From: Azolla caroliniana
Taxonomy: Eukaryota; Plantae; Polypodiophyta
DNA: 64,000 nt
Reading direction: 5' to 3'
Assembly (NCBI GenBank): GCA_043228905.1
Contig: JBHGNT010000002.1
Location: 18,662,001 to 18,726,000 of the forward strand
A program made the translations under genes and the position numbers. Shown one piece after another: positions 39,037-52,300 of the stretch. Every line of letters begins with the position of its first letter. Position 1 is the stretch's first letter. Below the pieces are notes generated by a model. That model did no database searches. It saw only the letters and a program-made list of their open reading frames with translations, and was not told the origin of the DNA.

Positions 39037-40699
39037 ACAGTTACACGCTCTCTCTTCTTCTTGCACCAACAAGGAAGAATAACAACAACAAAAAACAAAA
39101 CACACAACTAAAAGTTTGCCCTAAGTCACATTTATACTAATATGACTTTTCGGCTATTTACAAATGCAGCCTCGATGGGCTCTCAGAAACATATTTACAA
39201 ATATGTCTCTTCCTCCGGTTCATACCGGGCCTGCACCATCCGGCTCTCCGTAGTCGGGTACTCCCCATCCGGTTCATACCGGGCCTACACCATCCAGCTC
39301 TCCGCAGTCGGGTACTCCACATCCGGTTCATACCGGGCCTACACCATCCGGCTCTCCGCAGTCGGGTACTCTACAGTCGAGTTTGTTCGTTGGCACTGTT
39401 CTTCTCCCTTCCCATCCGGAGGGACCTGTCTCCCAACATAACAAAGCCCGATTCGACAAGACACACCGACTACGCCCTCGGAAGATCGAAGAAGGAGACT
39501 AGGTGATTGTATATGATAGTAGTCTCGACAATCAACATAGCTCGATGCGGAAATTCGCAAAGCGATAGTTCGGGCTGTACGTGGTAATGAGTGCAAACGA
39601 TAATGCTACATACCACCTCGCCGAACTCGATGGGACTAAGCTAGTAGTACCAATAGCCGGGAAGCGGGTCAAAATCTTCAAAAAGCGACACGACAAGGAG
39701 CCAAACCTCGATGACCTTGACGAAGATAAAGGCGAGCAAACAACAAGCCATGGGCTCTATGAGGAGGAGAAAATGAACTATTGACCACCCTCAGCCCGCC
39801 ATTCTTGGCACATACCGGAGGATGTGTGGTTTGGTGGGGGTGGATGTCGTGATGTGGCGTGCTCGAGGGGGGGGTCAAAAATATGCATGTGCAATGTGTG
39901 TGCACACAAAAGCGATTAATTGTGCATATGCAAAATAAAAAAGGAAAGAAAGGGTGAAAAGGGGGTATAGAAGCTCGTGCAAAAAGTAAGAGAGAGGAGA
40001 GATAAAAGGTAGAGGGGAGACAGGCTATAAATTTATAGAGATAGAATTATATATTGCATAAGAGAGAGTTACTGGGTTAGTGGATAGTCACATTAACTAC
40101 TAGCTAGAGGTGCACTGCTTGAATCTAGTCTTATAATGTAGCATGAGTTAAGGAATTTTATTCCTTTTTCATTGAAGACAAATTTGGCGACCCCCCCTTC
40201 TTTCTTCCTATAAAAGGAGGTCGAGGGGGGCTCATTGAGGAGGACGTTTTAGGAGGAGGAGACTATCGCCAATTTTCGTTCGAAGCTCTTCATCTCCTTA
40301 TTCACCACTTCTCTTCATCTCATACCCCTTCATCCCCCCATCGCCACGTGCTCGTCTTTTTCGCGTCGGCACTGAAAGTGCTCGTGAGCCCAAGCTTCGT
40401 TGGTTCGACATTGCTCCGACCCGTTCGTCGTTGCAAGCCCGTGTGCTTGCCGTTCGGGTGGTCGTGGTTCGTTGGGATTGACATTTTGGTGGTGCTCGTG
40501 TGTTCATCTTCGCCGTGTTCGGATTTTCTTTTGTCTCTAAGGGCATTTAATATTTATGTTTTGATTGAGCTTGTGGTTAACTATAAGTTGCCATTGTAAA
40601 CAAAACCCTATTTTATAAAGGGTCCTCTTGCGTTGGAATCGAACGCGTATTTATCTCTTTTTTATGATATCATTCGTGTTTCTTTCTCTCCTTCTTTCT

Positions 40700-41440
40700 T
40701 TATTTGTGTTTTCCTTGTACGTTCGGCCATCTTCTGACGAGGGGGCCGTTCAGGCTTGCCCATGAACCTCTCCTCCTCATAAAGGCGTACGAGCATTTTG
40801 TGCGTGTGTTTGTGTCTTTCTTGTACGTTCAATCGTCTTGTGACGAGGGGACCGTTCGGGCTTGCCCATGCACCTCTCCTCCTCATAAAGGCATACGAGC
40901 ATTTTGTGCATGTGTTTTGTGTCTTCCTCGTACGTTCGGCTGTCTTGTGATGAGGGGACCGTTCGGGCTTGCCCATGCACCTCTCCTCTTCATAATGGCG
41001 TATGAGCATTTTGTGCGTGTGTTTGTGTCTTTCTTGTACGTTCGGCCGTCTTGTGACGAGGGGACCGTTCGGGCTTGCCCATGCACCTCTCCTCTTCATA
41101 AAGGCGTACGAGCATTTTGTGCGCGTGTTTGTGTCTTTCTTGTACGTTCGGCCGTCTTGTGACAAGGGGACCGTTCGGGCTTGCCCATGCACCTCTCCTC
41201 CTCATAAAGGCGTACGAGCATTTGTGTGTGTGTTTTGTGTTTTCCTCGTACGTTCGGCCGTCTTGTGACGAGGGGACCGTTCGGGCTTGCCCATGCACCT
41301 GTCCTCCTCATAAAGGCGTACGAGCATTTTGTGAATGTGTTTTGTGTCTTCCTCGTATGTTCGACGTCTTGTGACGAGGGAGCGTTCGGGCGTGCCCATG
41401 CACCTCTCCTCCTCATAAAGATGTACGGACATTCGTGTTT
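40700..41440 (+). repeat. ~106-bp tandem repeat x7 in the 3' LTR of D
   Basis: Same unit, 7 copies. Confidence 0.95.
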
Positions 41441-42307
41441 GTGTTATCGTCCCCTTGTGCGTTCATGTTGCGTGCTCATCTTTCTTGTACCCATTTGGTC
41501 ACTTGGCTCGTGCGGTGATCTCGGAAGGTTGACAAGTCGTGATCAACGAGAGCCACTGGCCTCACAAAACAAAAGGCAACGATACCTTGCTTGGGAAGGG
41601 GTCGGGAAGTAGTATTATCGTAAAGCAAACCTCGGGTCTTCTCTATCCCTTGAGTACTCCCTAGTCCAAGACCCCCGTGGTCCTGCCCAAGTAACACACG
41701 TGCGCGAAACTTTGCGACAACGTTGGACTACAAGGAGAAAACAGAAAAAGAGAAGGAGGAAACATAACGTGACCTATTTTCAGAAAACACTGAGTAAAAA
41801 CAGAAAACAGAGAGAAAAACCGAAAACGAAAGAGTGAGAGCAAGAGGAAGAGTGTTCTACCAAAGTGGAGACAGAGATTTGTGAGGGCTTGTTCGTGCTA
41901 TCAGAGAACCACGATTGCACAACACCTATCCTGTCTACTTGCATTAGGTTTTTTCGTTTCATGTTTTTCTTGTTTCCATTTTTGCTAGTTTTTCTATCCA
42001 CCCAGTTGGGTGAGGAATTGTAATCAAGGTTGCTAACTTAGCATATACATCCCTCTAGTGAAAACAAGAGAGGTTGTATTCGTTTGTACTAAGAAAAATA
42101 GTGAACTTGTTTTGAACCCTAAGGGGTTATGTGGTTTTTCCCATTTTTGGGTTTTCCGTGCATTAAAAATTTGGTGTACTTCTCATTTTGTCTTGCGGTA
42201 TCATTCCTTGTTAATTGTGTTGGTAGTCTAAATCATCCCGATTCAAATCCATATTCCTATCAAGTGGTATCAGAGCCGAGGTTTATACCCTCCGCCAAAC
42301 TTGAAAT

Positions 42308-45300
42308 ATGGATGAATCATTAGGCGGGATGAGTAAGTTGACCGGACCCAACTACTCCATATGGAAGTTCAAAATGAGAGACATGCTGGTATGTAAGGAC
42401 TTGTGGTTGCTCGTACTACATGGTATAAGCAAACCCGAGAACATAGATGCATTAACTTGGGAAGCAATGCATCTAAAAATAACATTATACATACGTTGTT
42501 TTATAGACATGAGTCTATATAACAATTTCGGTGATGAAACCAAAGCACACGAGTTATGGGGGAAAATCGAAACTATGTTTCAGACCAAAAAGGCCTTAAA
42601 TAGAGTCTCTGTGTTTAGGAAACTTGTAAGACTTAGATATCAAGATGACTCTAGTATTGTAAAGCATCTTTAAAACATGTTTCAAGGACTAATAAGTCAA
42701 ACTGTCTCTCTAGATATACCTCTAGCAAATGAGGTGTTGACCTTGTTATTGTTAGGCTCTCTCCCAGATAGTTGGGAAACCCTTGTTGTGACGCTTGGGA
42801 CTGCAACGCAACAAAAGGAGCTAACATTGGACATGCTTAAGTCGAGTCTTCTACATGAAGCAGCACAACGAAAGGAGCACGAGTCCAACTTTGACCATAA
42901 AACCTTAGTCATAGAAAACAACTCCTCTAGAGGAAGAACCCATGGTAGGGGTCCACAAAATCATAGAAATAATTCTAAGGGGAGGTCTAAATCTAGAAAT
43001 AGGAAAGCCTCTAAGAAAGACTTCACATGTCATTATTGTGGTGGTCCAAACCACTATGAAAGAGATTGTAGGAAGAAAAAGAGGGACCAAAAGAGTGGAA
43101 TTACTGACAATAAGAAAAATGATTCCACGACAACCACATGTGATGGTGATATCATCATTGCGTGTGATGATGCTTGTGTCAGTTTAGCATCCCAACAAAT
43201 CGATTGGATTATCGATTCCAGAGTCTCGTACCACATTACCCTATATCGGGAGATGTTCTCGTCATATGCCAGTGGTGACTTTGGTAAAGTCAAAATGGCT
43301 AACCACGGCGTGACAGAGGTTGTTGGCATAGCAAACTAGTATTAAAAGATGTTAGGCATGTACCGAACATTCGGATGAATATTATTTCAGTCGATAAGCT
43401 AGATGATGAGGGTTACACAAATTCCTTTGGTGAAGGAAAATGGAAGCTCATCAAAGGGTCACTAGTATTAGCAAAATTTCTAAAACATAATTCCCTATAT
43501 TTATTGCATGTTGTGGTGTCCGACAGAGAGGTAAATGTAGCCAACAAGGATGCCTTGATTGAGGTATGACATAAGAGACTTGGGCACATGAATCAAAAGG
43601 GACTCGATGTTCTAGCAAGGAAGAACATCTTGCCGGACATAAAAGGTATGCATTTGGAAACTTGTGTTGATTGCTTGGCCGGCCAGCAACATAGAGTTGC
43701 CTTTCAACATCTACCCCAAAAAGAAAATCTCAGCCATTGGAATTGGTGCACACAGACTTATGCTATATGAAAGATAGAACTCTTGGGGGAGCATTGTACA
43801 TTGCCACATTTATTGATGACTTCTCGAGGAAGTTATGGTGCTTTGCATTAAAGACTAAAGATCAAGTGTTTGAAATATTTAGGAACTTTCATGTAAGTGT
43901 GAAAAGAGAAATTGGAAGAAAGCTGAAATGTATCCATGTCGATAACGACAATGAATATCAAGGACGATTTGAGCAATATTGTCATGAGCATGGTATTAGG
44001 CTTGATAGAAGTGTCCCGAAAACACCTCAGCACAATGGTGTGGCTGAGAGGAAGACTAGGACAATTTGTGAGCAAATAAGATGTATGTTATCCCACTCAA
44101 AACTGCCTAAGTCCTTTTGGGGTGAAGCAATGAGGACTACAGTTGACCTCATAAACCTGTCTCCGTCGACCCCTTTGGATAGCGATGTTCCCGAGAGGGT
44201 TTGGACGGGTAAAGATGTGTCATACAAACACTTGAGAGTGTTTGTTTGTAGGGCCTACGTTCACATCCCAAAAGATGAAAGATCCAAGCTTGATGACAAA
44301 TGCAAACCATGCATATTCTTGGGATACGGCCATGAGGAATTTGGCTATAGACTTTATGACCTAGTAGAGAAGAAGGTCATTAGAAGCAGGGATGTGATAT
44401 TCCTTGAGGATCGGACATTACAAGATCCGGAGCCGAATGAAATGCTGGATCTCACCCCTGATTTTTCAGTCACTGAACACCCAACTCCTGCCCTAGGCAC
44501 ACAAGGTCATGGGGGAGATACAGAGGAGTATGATGATATGGTTGATGATGCATCCGATGATGTCGATGGGCAAAATCATGACCATCATACTTTAGGTGAC
44601 CAGTTTGATGACATTTCAGCAACTCCTTCGGAAGAGGAAGAGGTTAGGTCTATGAGACAAAGACTACCTTCTACTAGATACAACCCACATGAATATGTGA
44701 TGCTTTCATATGGAGGAGAGCCAAAAAGCTTTAGAGAAGCTATGACAAAGAATCATAAGGAGGAATGGCTTGAGGCCATAAATGATGAGATGAAGTCTTT
44801 GCAAGACAATCACACTTATGATCTAGTAAAGCTGCCTAAGGGCAAGAAAGTGTTGAAAAACAAATGGGTTTACATGCTAAAGACGGAGGAACATTGCTCA
44901 GAGCCAAGATACAAGGCAAGACTTGTTGTGAAGGGGTTCAACTAGAAAAAGGGAATTGATTTCGAGGAGATTTTCTCACCAGTGGTGAAGATGTCCTCGA
45001 TCAAAGTTGTACTTGGGATCGCAACAAGTCTTGATCTAGAAATTGAGCAACTTGATGTTAAAACTACCTTCCTCCATGGTGATTTGGAAGAAGAGATTTA
45101 CATGGATCAACCCGAAGGGTTTGGAGTCAAAGGTAAGGAAAACCTGGTATGCAGGTTAAAGAAGAGCTTGTACGGCCTAAAACAATCTCCTAGACTTTGG
45201 TATAAAAAGTTTGACTCCTTTATCTTGAACCATGGGTATATAATAGAACAAACACAAACCACTATGTGTTTGTTAAGAAGTCCTCAGATAATGACTTTGT

Positions 45301-46288
45301 TATTCTGCTTCTATATGTAGATGACATGTTGATTGTTGGAAGAGATACCAACAAGATTGAAAAGCTGAAAAGAGAGCTCAATCAATCTTTTGCTACGAAA
45401 GACTTGGGACCAGCCAAGCAAATCCTTGGGATGAAGATAACCAGGGATAGAGTGAACAAAATATTGTGGCTGTCTCAAGAACAATATATTGAGAAAGTTC
45501 TTGAGAGATTTAACATGGCCAAGTGTAAGCCGGTTAACACTCCACTTGCGGGCCATTTTAAACTTAGTTCAACTCAATGCCCTATGAGTGAGGAAGAGCA
45601 AGAGAGAATGAAACAAATACCATATGCATCTATAGTCGGCGGTTTAATGTCTGTTATGGTATGCACGAGGCCGAACATTGCTCATGCAGTTGGTTGGTGT
45701 AGTGAGCCATTTTCTCTCAAACCCTGGAAAAGATCATTGGGAAGCAGTGAAATGGATCCTGCGATATCTGAGGGGTACCTCAAGAATCTGTCTAAAATTT
45801 GGTGAGAACCAAACTATATTAGATGGATATACAGATGTCGATATGGTTGGTGATGTTGACTCCAAAAGTCTACATTAGGGTATCTAATGATCTTTGTAGG
45901 GGGAGTGGTCTCTTGGTAGCCGAGACTGCAAAAATGTGTGGCATTATCCACAACAGAGGCCGAGTATATGGTTGCCACAAAAGCTAGTAAGGAATTGCTA
46001 TGGCTAAAGAAATTCCTACAAGAGTTGGGGCTGATACAAGAAAGGTACATTTTGTATTGTGATAGCCAAAGTGCTACACACTTAAGCAAGAATTCTTCCT
46101 TTCACTCTAAGTCAAAACACATTGGTGTTAGATACCATTGGATTAGAGATGTGGTTAAAGAAAAGAAAATGCACATTGAGAAGATACATACCAATGAGAA
46201 TGGCTACGACATGATGACAAAAAGTTTGTCAATGGAGAGGCTTGAAGTTTGCAAACAAAAGGCAAACTTGGTTGTGGCCCCTACTTGA
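42308..46288 (+). pseudogene. gag-pol: Element C gag-pol (multiple stops and frameshifts)
   Basis: Gag with zinc knuckle CHYCGGPNHYERDC, PR WIIDS, INT, RT YVDD, RNase H ALSTTEAEY; Copia domain order. Confidence 0.93.
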
Positions 46289-46452
46289 ATGGAGGGGGAG
46301 AATTGTTGGGGCTTGTGCACTCAAATGGAGCCCACAACATGGAGCCAGTTGAGAGCCGAAGGGCGGATTGAGAGTTGGTTGAGCATACAGCCAATTGGGA
46401 GTCAACTGAGTGCCGAATTGGCTTAGGGCCAAAAAGGAGAAAAGTTATAATC

Positions 46453-46499
<47 letters not shown>

Positions 46500-47167
46500 T
46501 GTATGTATGTATGTATGTATGTATGTATGTATGTATACCCTTTTTTTTTGGTGTGTGTCTTGTGTGTGTGTGAACACAGGTATATAGAGGTTGGACGACA
46601 ATTAGAAAAACAGAAGGAGGAAACATAGTGTGACCTATTCTCTCAAAACATGAAGTAAAAACAGAAAACAGAGAGAAAAACATAAAACTTGAGAAAGAGA
46701 AACATAAAACTTGAGAGAGAAAAACAGAAAACGAAAGAGTGAGAGCAAGAGGAAGAGTGTTCTACCAAAGTGGAGACAGAGATCTGTGAGGGCTTGTTCG
46801 TGCTATCAGAGAACCACGATTGCACAACACCTATCCTGTCTACTTGCATTAGGTTTTTTCGTTTCATGTTTTTCTTGTTTCCATTTTTGCTAGTTTTTCT
46901 ATCCACCCAGTTGGGTGAGGAATTGTAATCAAGGTTGCTAACTTAGCATATACATCCCTCTAGTGAAAACAAGAGAGGCTGTATTCGTTTGTACTAAGAA
47001 AAATAGTGAACTTGTTTTGAACCCTAAGGGGTTATGTGGTTTTTCCCATTTTTGGGTTTTCCGTGCATTAATAATTTGGTGTACTTTTCATTTTGTCTTG
47101 TGGTTTCATTCGTTGTTAATTGTGTTGGAAGCATAAATCATCTTGATTCAGATCCATATTCCTATCA

Positions 47168-47580
47168 AAATGTGCATAGGAGAGGGATGCAAGAATATTC
47201 GTAGAAGAGAAAACTATAATATTGATACACTAAATATCATCAACAAAACACAATAAAGGAAAGGGGATATATATACAAGTCCTCAAGGAATTATAGAAAA
47301 CAACTAGAAATGAAATGTGCATAGGAGAGGGATGCAAGAATATTCGTAGAAGAGAAAACTATAATATTGATACACTAAATATCATCAACAAAACACAATA
47401 AAGGAAAGGGGATATATATACAAGTCCTCAAGGAATTATAGAAAACAACTAGAAATGAAATGTGCATAGGAGAGGGATGCAAGAATATTCCTAGAAGAGA
47501 AAACTATAATATTGATAGACTAAATATCATCAACAAAACACAATAAAGCAAAGGGGATATATATACAAGTCCTCAAGGAG
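47168..47580. repeat. 145-bp tandem repeat (~3 units, plus a partial unit at 20683-20805) into which C inserted
   Basis: tgtgcataggagagggatgc occurs at 47171, 47316 and 47461; a homologous unit lies left of C. Confidence 0.9.
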
Positions 47581-47699
47581 CTACCATATGAAATATGGTT
47601 CACGGAGTCTAGTCATGGACATATACCCGAGTCTGATTATTTGGTAAGAATATGTAATATTTTTTAAGCACATTTATAAGTTCCACAACTAACGAGATG

Positions 47700-48760
47700 T
47701 CACAATGTAGTTCTTTGTGTAATTAGATAGTTCACACAAATCATAATAGGATGTGTTCACACACACATTTTCAGAAATTGTGCTTTTGTCCATAAGCACA
47801 TGTCAACATTAGTTCAACTTCTTTATGTCTAAAGTGTTATGTGTCATCACAAATATGCTCTTCCATAGCCATCTTGATTTGGGATGTTAGACCACCTTCA
47901 ATACAAGATGCATGCATCAGACTTCATCAACATTTAGGGGATTAACATCCAACAATGAATCCGATTGAGATATCAAGCTAACCTATCTGGTGTCATGAAC
48001 AATGTGACAATAGACATTAAAATGTACTAGATTATATTGGTTAGCATATTGTATGATTCTGCGAAATGTTATAATTGTGGTCACAACATGACTTATATGC
48101 ATGAATATAGTTATTAGGTGCATGTTTTGCATAGATAGTTGCATGTTAACAAGTCCAATTATTTGGCCTAATCTTTGCATACTTGGTTGTATATGAAGGG
48201 GGTGAATAAGCTATAAGTGATGCAACTATGAATCTCATGGAGAATTGGATCTTACCTCAAGATGATTGCTGGTGGCATATGGATTTATGAATACGTTCTT
48301 TTAGAGGAAATTCCTTGGTTTGAACTTCTACAATTATTTGTTGTGATTCGATGCATTGACTTTTCCTAATTATGTGAGTTGTCCTAGAGAAGTTCAACAC
48401 CAATTATTCTCTACTACCTTGTGCTTGCTTCTTTATTTCTGAAGTGTTGTGTCATATAGAATACACTCTTCCCTATTCATCTTGACTTGGCATGTTGGAC
48501 CACCTTCAATACAAGATGCATACAACAAACTTCATTAACAACAAGGAGATCGGTATTCAGCAATGAATCCTATTGAGATATCAAGCTAAACTATCTAGTG
48601 TCATGACCAATATGATGCTAAACTATCTAGTCTCCTTTATTCTTTATACAATCTCTCTCATAATGATTTGGACCACCAGAATAACAACATGAAAAATCTT
48701 TCTTAAAGTCTTTCTTATTTTTGGATTTAGACCTCCCTTTAGAGTTATTTCTATTATATT
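47700..48760 (-). mobile_element. Decayed continuation of Copia I (C family): gag zinc knuckle and downstream remnants
   Basis: 48630-48760 is the reverse complement of a homologue of C 42960-43090 (KDFSCCYSGGPNHYERDC). Degenerate duplicated LVLK..H remnants lie further left. Confidence 0.65.
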
Positions 48761-49218
48761 TGTTACCCGTTCCTTTGGGTGAACACATTCGATAGATCTG
48801 CGGCTATCGGTATTCAAGGGCATGGTACGTGAAGGCTCGTAACAGAGGCGTCGAGAGAGAGACACTGCTCAGAGAGAAAATACTAGCGAGGTCTTGATAG
48901 GCGTGGGTGGCACTGAAATCATAGGTATGAATCAAAGCACAGACACATGGAACAAACTGGGCACAATTCAGATATATTACCGCGACAGAAAAAGATTACA
49001 GAACACGGCCTACGGCCGGTGACCTTACAAGATTATCTAGTTACGAGGGACTCAGCTAGTGCTTCCGCCTATATTTTTCTTCTCTCCCTCCTCTGAGGTA
49101 CTGGTCCTCGTTTAAATAACTTTTCCCCTAATACACAGCCGAGCTGTCGGTGGCCCGTGATACTCGGACTCGACGTTTGCTAATTTCCTAATTTTACATT
49201 TCTGTCCTCTGGACAACA
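48761..49218 (-). mobile_element. Probable 3' LTR of G
   Basis: TGTT/AACA termini; left end coincides with the break in Copia I. On the minus strand, TATTTAAA is followed by a purine-rich tract and TGTAA motifs. Confidence 0.7.
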
Positions 49219-49220
49219 CC

Positions 49221-49237
49221 TGGCACGCCCGTGGGAC
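49221..49237 (+). promoter_or_regulatory. tRNA-Arg PBS-like sequence abutting the G LTR, antisense to gag-pol
   Basis: TGGCACGCCC-GTGGGAC lies 2 nt from the LTR terminus. It matches recalled tRNA-Arg(UCU) complement TGGCACGCCCGGTGGGAC with one missing G. Confidence 0.75.
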
Positions 49238-49317
49238 AGGACCTTGTCCGTTGGACCCACGACTTACAAAAATACTAACAATATTACAAAAATTGCCTTT
49301 TAGGCGTGATCCTCGTT

Positions 49318-52300
49318 TCATTCCTCTTTTAAGATGTCGAGGATGTTTTCGGGGTCCGAGGTGGTGGTAGGGTGGTCTGGTTGGACTGTTGGTGCGGGGG
49401 GTTGAGTTTGGTTCGGGGGTGTCATATCTTCTCGGGCGTCCGCCTCAGGTGCGACCGATTCTTCTAGTGGGGGTGTGGGTTCGAGGGTGCTGACCTTTAC
49501 TTTGACTAGATCTGGTATCGTGTGGGCGTCCATGGGATGTCTGTTGGCCGGGGCAAGTTCCTCCTGTGCCGTGTCTGTGATCCCCTTGCTGGAAGGTTCT
49601 TCCTTCTGCTCTGTGGCCGTTGGAGGGCTGGGTGGGATGGCTGCGAGTCGTTCTCGTTCGAAGGCTTCTGCTTCCAGGCGAAACAGCATTTGACTATCAT
49701 TGAAGTCCTCCATTATTTGCTCAATTACCGCGGTGTGAGATTTTGCCAAGGACTGGTAATCCTCAGTTAAATCTGCACGCAGGTTTTGTATGCTAGCTTC
49801 GTCCATTTTGTAAAAGCCGCGGCCCTCCTTCCGTTGGTTCTCGGCGTCGGCGCGTAAAATATGCAATTCGACAGCTTGGGCTGCCCATTCGTCTCCTGCA
49901 CGACTTAATGTTTCCTCGACCTTTTTGGTAAGGTGATGGCGCTGTTTCTCGATCAATATTCTGATGCGTGTCTCATCCATGCCGGGCTGTGCTCCGATGG
50001 CTGCTAATTCCTATTTTAAGCCATCGACCTCGGCCTGAAGCTTCTTTGCTCGTAGTTCATAGGTGTCTTGAGTGTTCTTTGCATCCGCGGTTACGAGCTG
50101 GATAGCCTGCTCGTAACGCTTGGTGAGTTCTTCGGTGGCTTGCTCCCGTTCTTTTTGACACGCGGCCCGGACTTGTTCCCGTTTGACGATTCTCTCTTCT
50201 TGTAGGGCGAAGTAGGAATCCGATAATTCGTCTTTTTGCTCCTAAAGTAGCTTGCATTTGATGAAAAACTCGTCAGCCATTTCTTTAAGGGTCGTACGCT
50301 GACTCTGCAGCTCGGCATTCTCCGCGATCATTCTCTCCTCCCGTTGGTGATTTCTTTCCTCCTACCGATGGTTCCAGTCTTTCGCATTGTCGAGCGTGGC
50401 CTGTAGGTCTAGGACCTCCTTCTCTTTCTTGGCCCTTGTGGCTGCGTATTCCCCCAGCTTGCTTCTGAGTTCGGCTTCTTTGCCCGCGGCTTGCGCTTGT
50501 ACCCGGCCTAGTGCTTCGTTTTGATCGTGTATCCTTTGGTCGGCCTGGGCTGTAATCTCGGCCATCTGCTTGGAAGCTTCTTCTTTTAGACGAGCCATCA
50601 CCTCCTGATGCCGTTGTTCGTGTCTCTCGGTTTGCCGTTGTTCTTCTTTAAGCTCCGCGCGGTAATCCCGGAGCAGGGGTTCTGTCTGGGTTGCCACCTC
50701 CTTGGGTGGACGAGGGGGTGGTATCTCGGTTTTCTCCATGGGCGTGACCGCCTCGGTTGTTGTGCATGCATCGACCATTTGTAACGAGTCCGTTTGTGTA
50801 CTGGCCTACATCGTCAGCATTGAATCTGTGACGGTGCTTTCATCCATCATTGTTATGCGTGGAGGGGCTGGGAGGGCCTCGGTGGTCGTGGCCGGAAGGC
50901 TCAAGAGTTGTTGTTCCGGCCGGTTTTGCTCCCAGGCTGCAACTTTTGTTTCGCAGCGTGCCATAATTCTGTAGCCATGTTAGCCTGTTTTTGGGCTATT
51001 TTTATCTTTCGGGCCATGTCTTTGCTGCCCGCGTAGTGCGATCCAGGTCCTTATATGCCTCAATAAGGGCCGTGTTCAACTTGGGGACCTCCATGAGGAG
51101 AGCGGCCTGTTTTGCCTACTTCTTTCTCCCGATTTTTTGTAAAGCCCTGTTGTCCTGGGGCTCACTTTCACCTAATAACGCGCGTTGAATCATTTTTGTT
51201 TCGGCGTGCTCTTCCACCATTCAAGTGGCTGCCGCGATTTGGGCTCTAGCGAGGAAGTCGACCAGCTTGAATGTCGTACCGAGGCGTAGGAGCGCACTAA
51301 ATTCGTAAGCCTCCGCGGGGAGGTCTTTATACCTGAGGACTTCATCCTCCGAGATCTGCATTGTCTGCCCATGCTCGATCTTTCCCTGGTTCAGCGATGC
51401 CTCCTCAAGGATGATGGCCAGGTTGCTTTGTCTGACAATTAAGGCTTGCTCTTGTTGTGGCTCTTTCTGTTCTGCCGAGGAATCGCGGTTGAGTCGTCTT
51501 CTCTTGCTCGGATGTGTTTCGGGTTCCGGGGCCGGTAGTGTCGTTTCCTCCGCCTGCTTCCTTTTCTGGGGTCGTGGTGGTGCTGCCTGCTGTGTGTTGG
51601 GGTGTGGGCTAGGCCCTAGGAAGTTACCAAGGGGCGCGACATTGGTTGTCGAATGGTGACATCATCTGTCGTGTTGTCCTCTGCGGCTACCTCCTCCTCC
51701 CATTCTTGGCAGGTCTTAGAAACTACCCTTTTTTGTTGGGGTTGGGTGGGTGGTGGTGCAGATGCGGGGTTTTGGTCGGCAGCAGGAGGTGAAGGCGATG
51801 TGGGCTCCTCCCATGCTTCGTGGCTGATGGCAACGAATTTCTCTTTTTGCCTTCGTGGTGGTGGTGGGGACGTGAGTGTGCGAGGGGAAGGAAGAGAAGA
51901 GGGTGGGTATAGAACCATCAAAAAGTGGGTAAGAACAGACAACATCTTCTTACCGAACTGAAATGAAGCTAAGGCGGCGCGGAGTCCTTCGCCTGTGATG
52001 ATTCCCCAATTGATTCTGTTTCCTTCATATGCGATGATGATGATGGCTGCCTTGTTCTGCGGCATGCTCGTTGGGTTCGTATGCACGAACGCATACTCCA
52101 TTAATATACGAGCAATCTCCCCGAAAGCTTTGTTGGGACCGCCATACGTGCGATATCCTTCCCTGTATGCTTTCATCTTCGATGCCGAGGGTAGGTCAAC
52201 CTCATGGTCCCCTCCCCGTTGCAGGTCCAAAACAGCCCGAAGCACGTTGTTGGTGATGGCTTCAGGACAAACACGTTTAGCCACACCTTGGGCATCAGGG

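Larger units (their letters stand above)
28432..39438 (-). mobile_element. Element E: young Ty1/Copia inserted in the integrase of D
   Basis: TSD TAACA (28427-28431 / 39439-39443); 5' LTR 38726-39438; PBS-iMet 38712-38723; PPT 34613-34622; 3' LTR 28432-28845 + 34310-34610. LTRs differ at roughly 9 positions by eye. Confidence 0.97.
21055..41719 (+). mobile_element. Element D: Ty3/Gypsy non-chromovirus LTR retrotransposon inserted in the 5' LTR of C
   Basis: LTRs 21055-23150 and 39845-41719 (TGTCGTGA...GCGACA); 4-bp TSD ACGT; PBS TGGTGAACCAGATGTGAA at 23156; order gag-PR-RT-RH-INT; no chromodomain at the INT end. Confidence 0.95.
20806..47167 (+). mobile_element. Element C: full-length decayed Ty1/Copia (outermost of the nest)
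   Basis: TSD AAATG (20801-20805 / 47168-47172); 5' LTR 20806-21054 + 41724-42262; PBS-iMet at 42265; PPT GGAGGGGGAG; 3' LTR 46304-47167. Confidence 0.95.

Noticed and set aside
49221-49237. tRNA gene
   Set aside because: Only the 3'-terminal ~17 nt including CCA are present, with no cloverleaf or A/B boxes.
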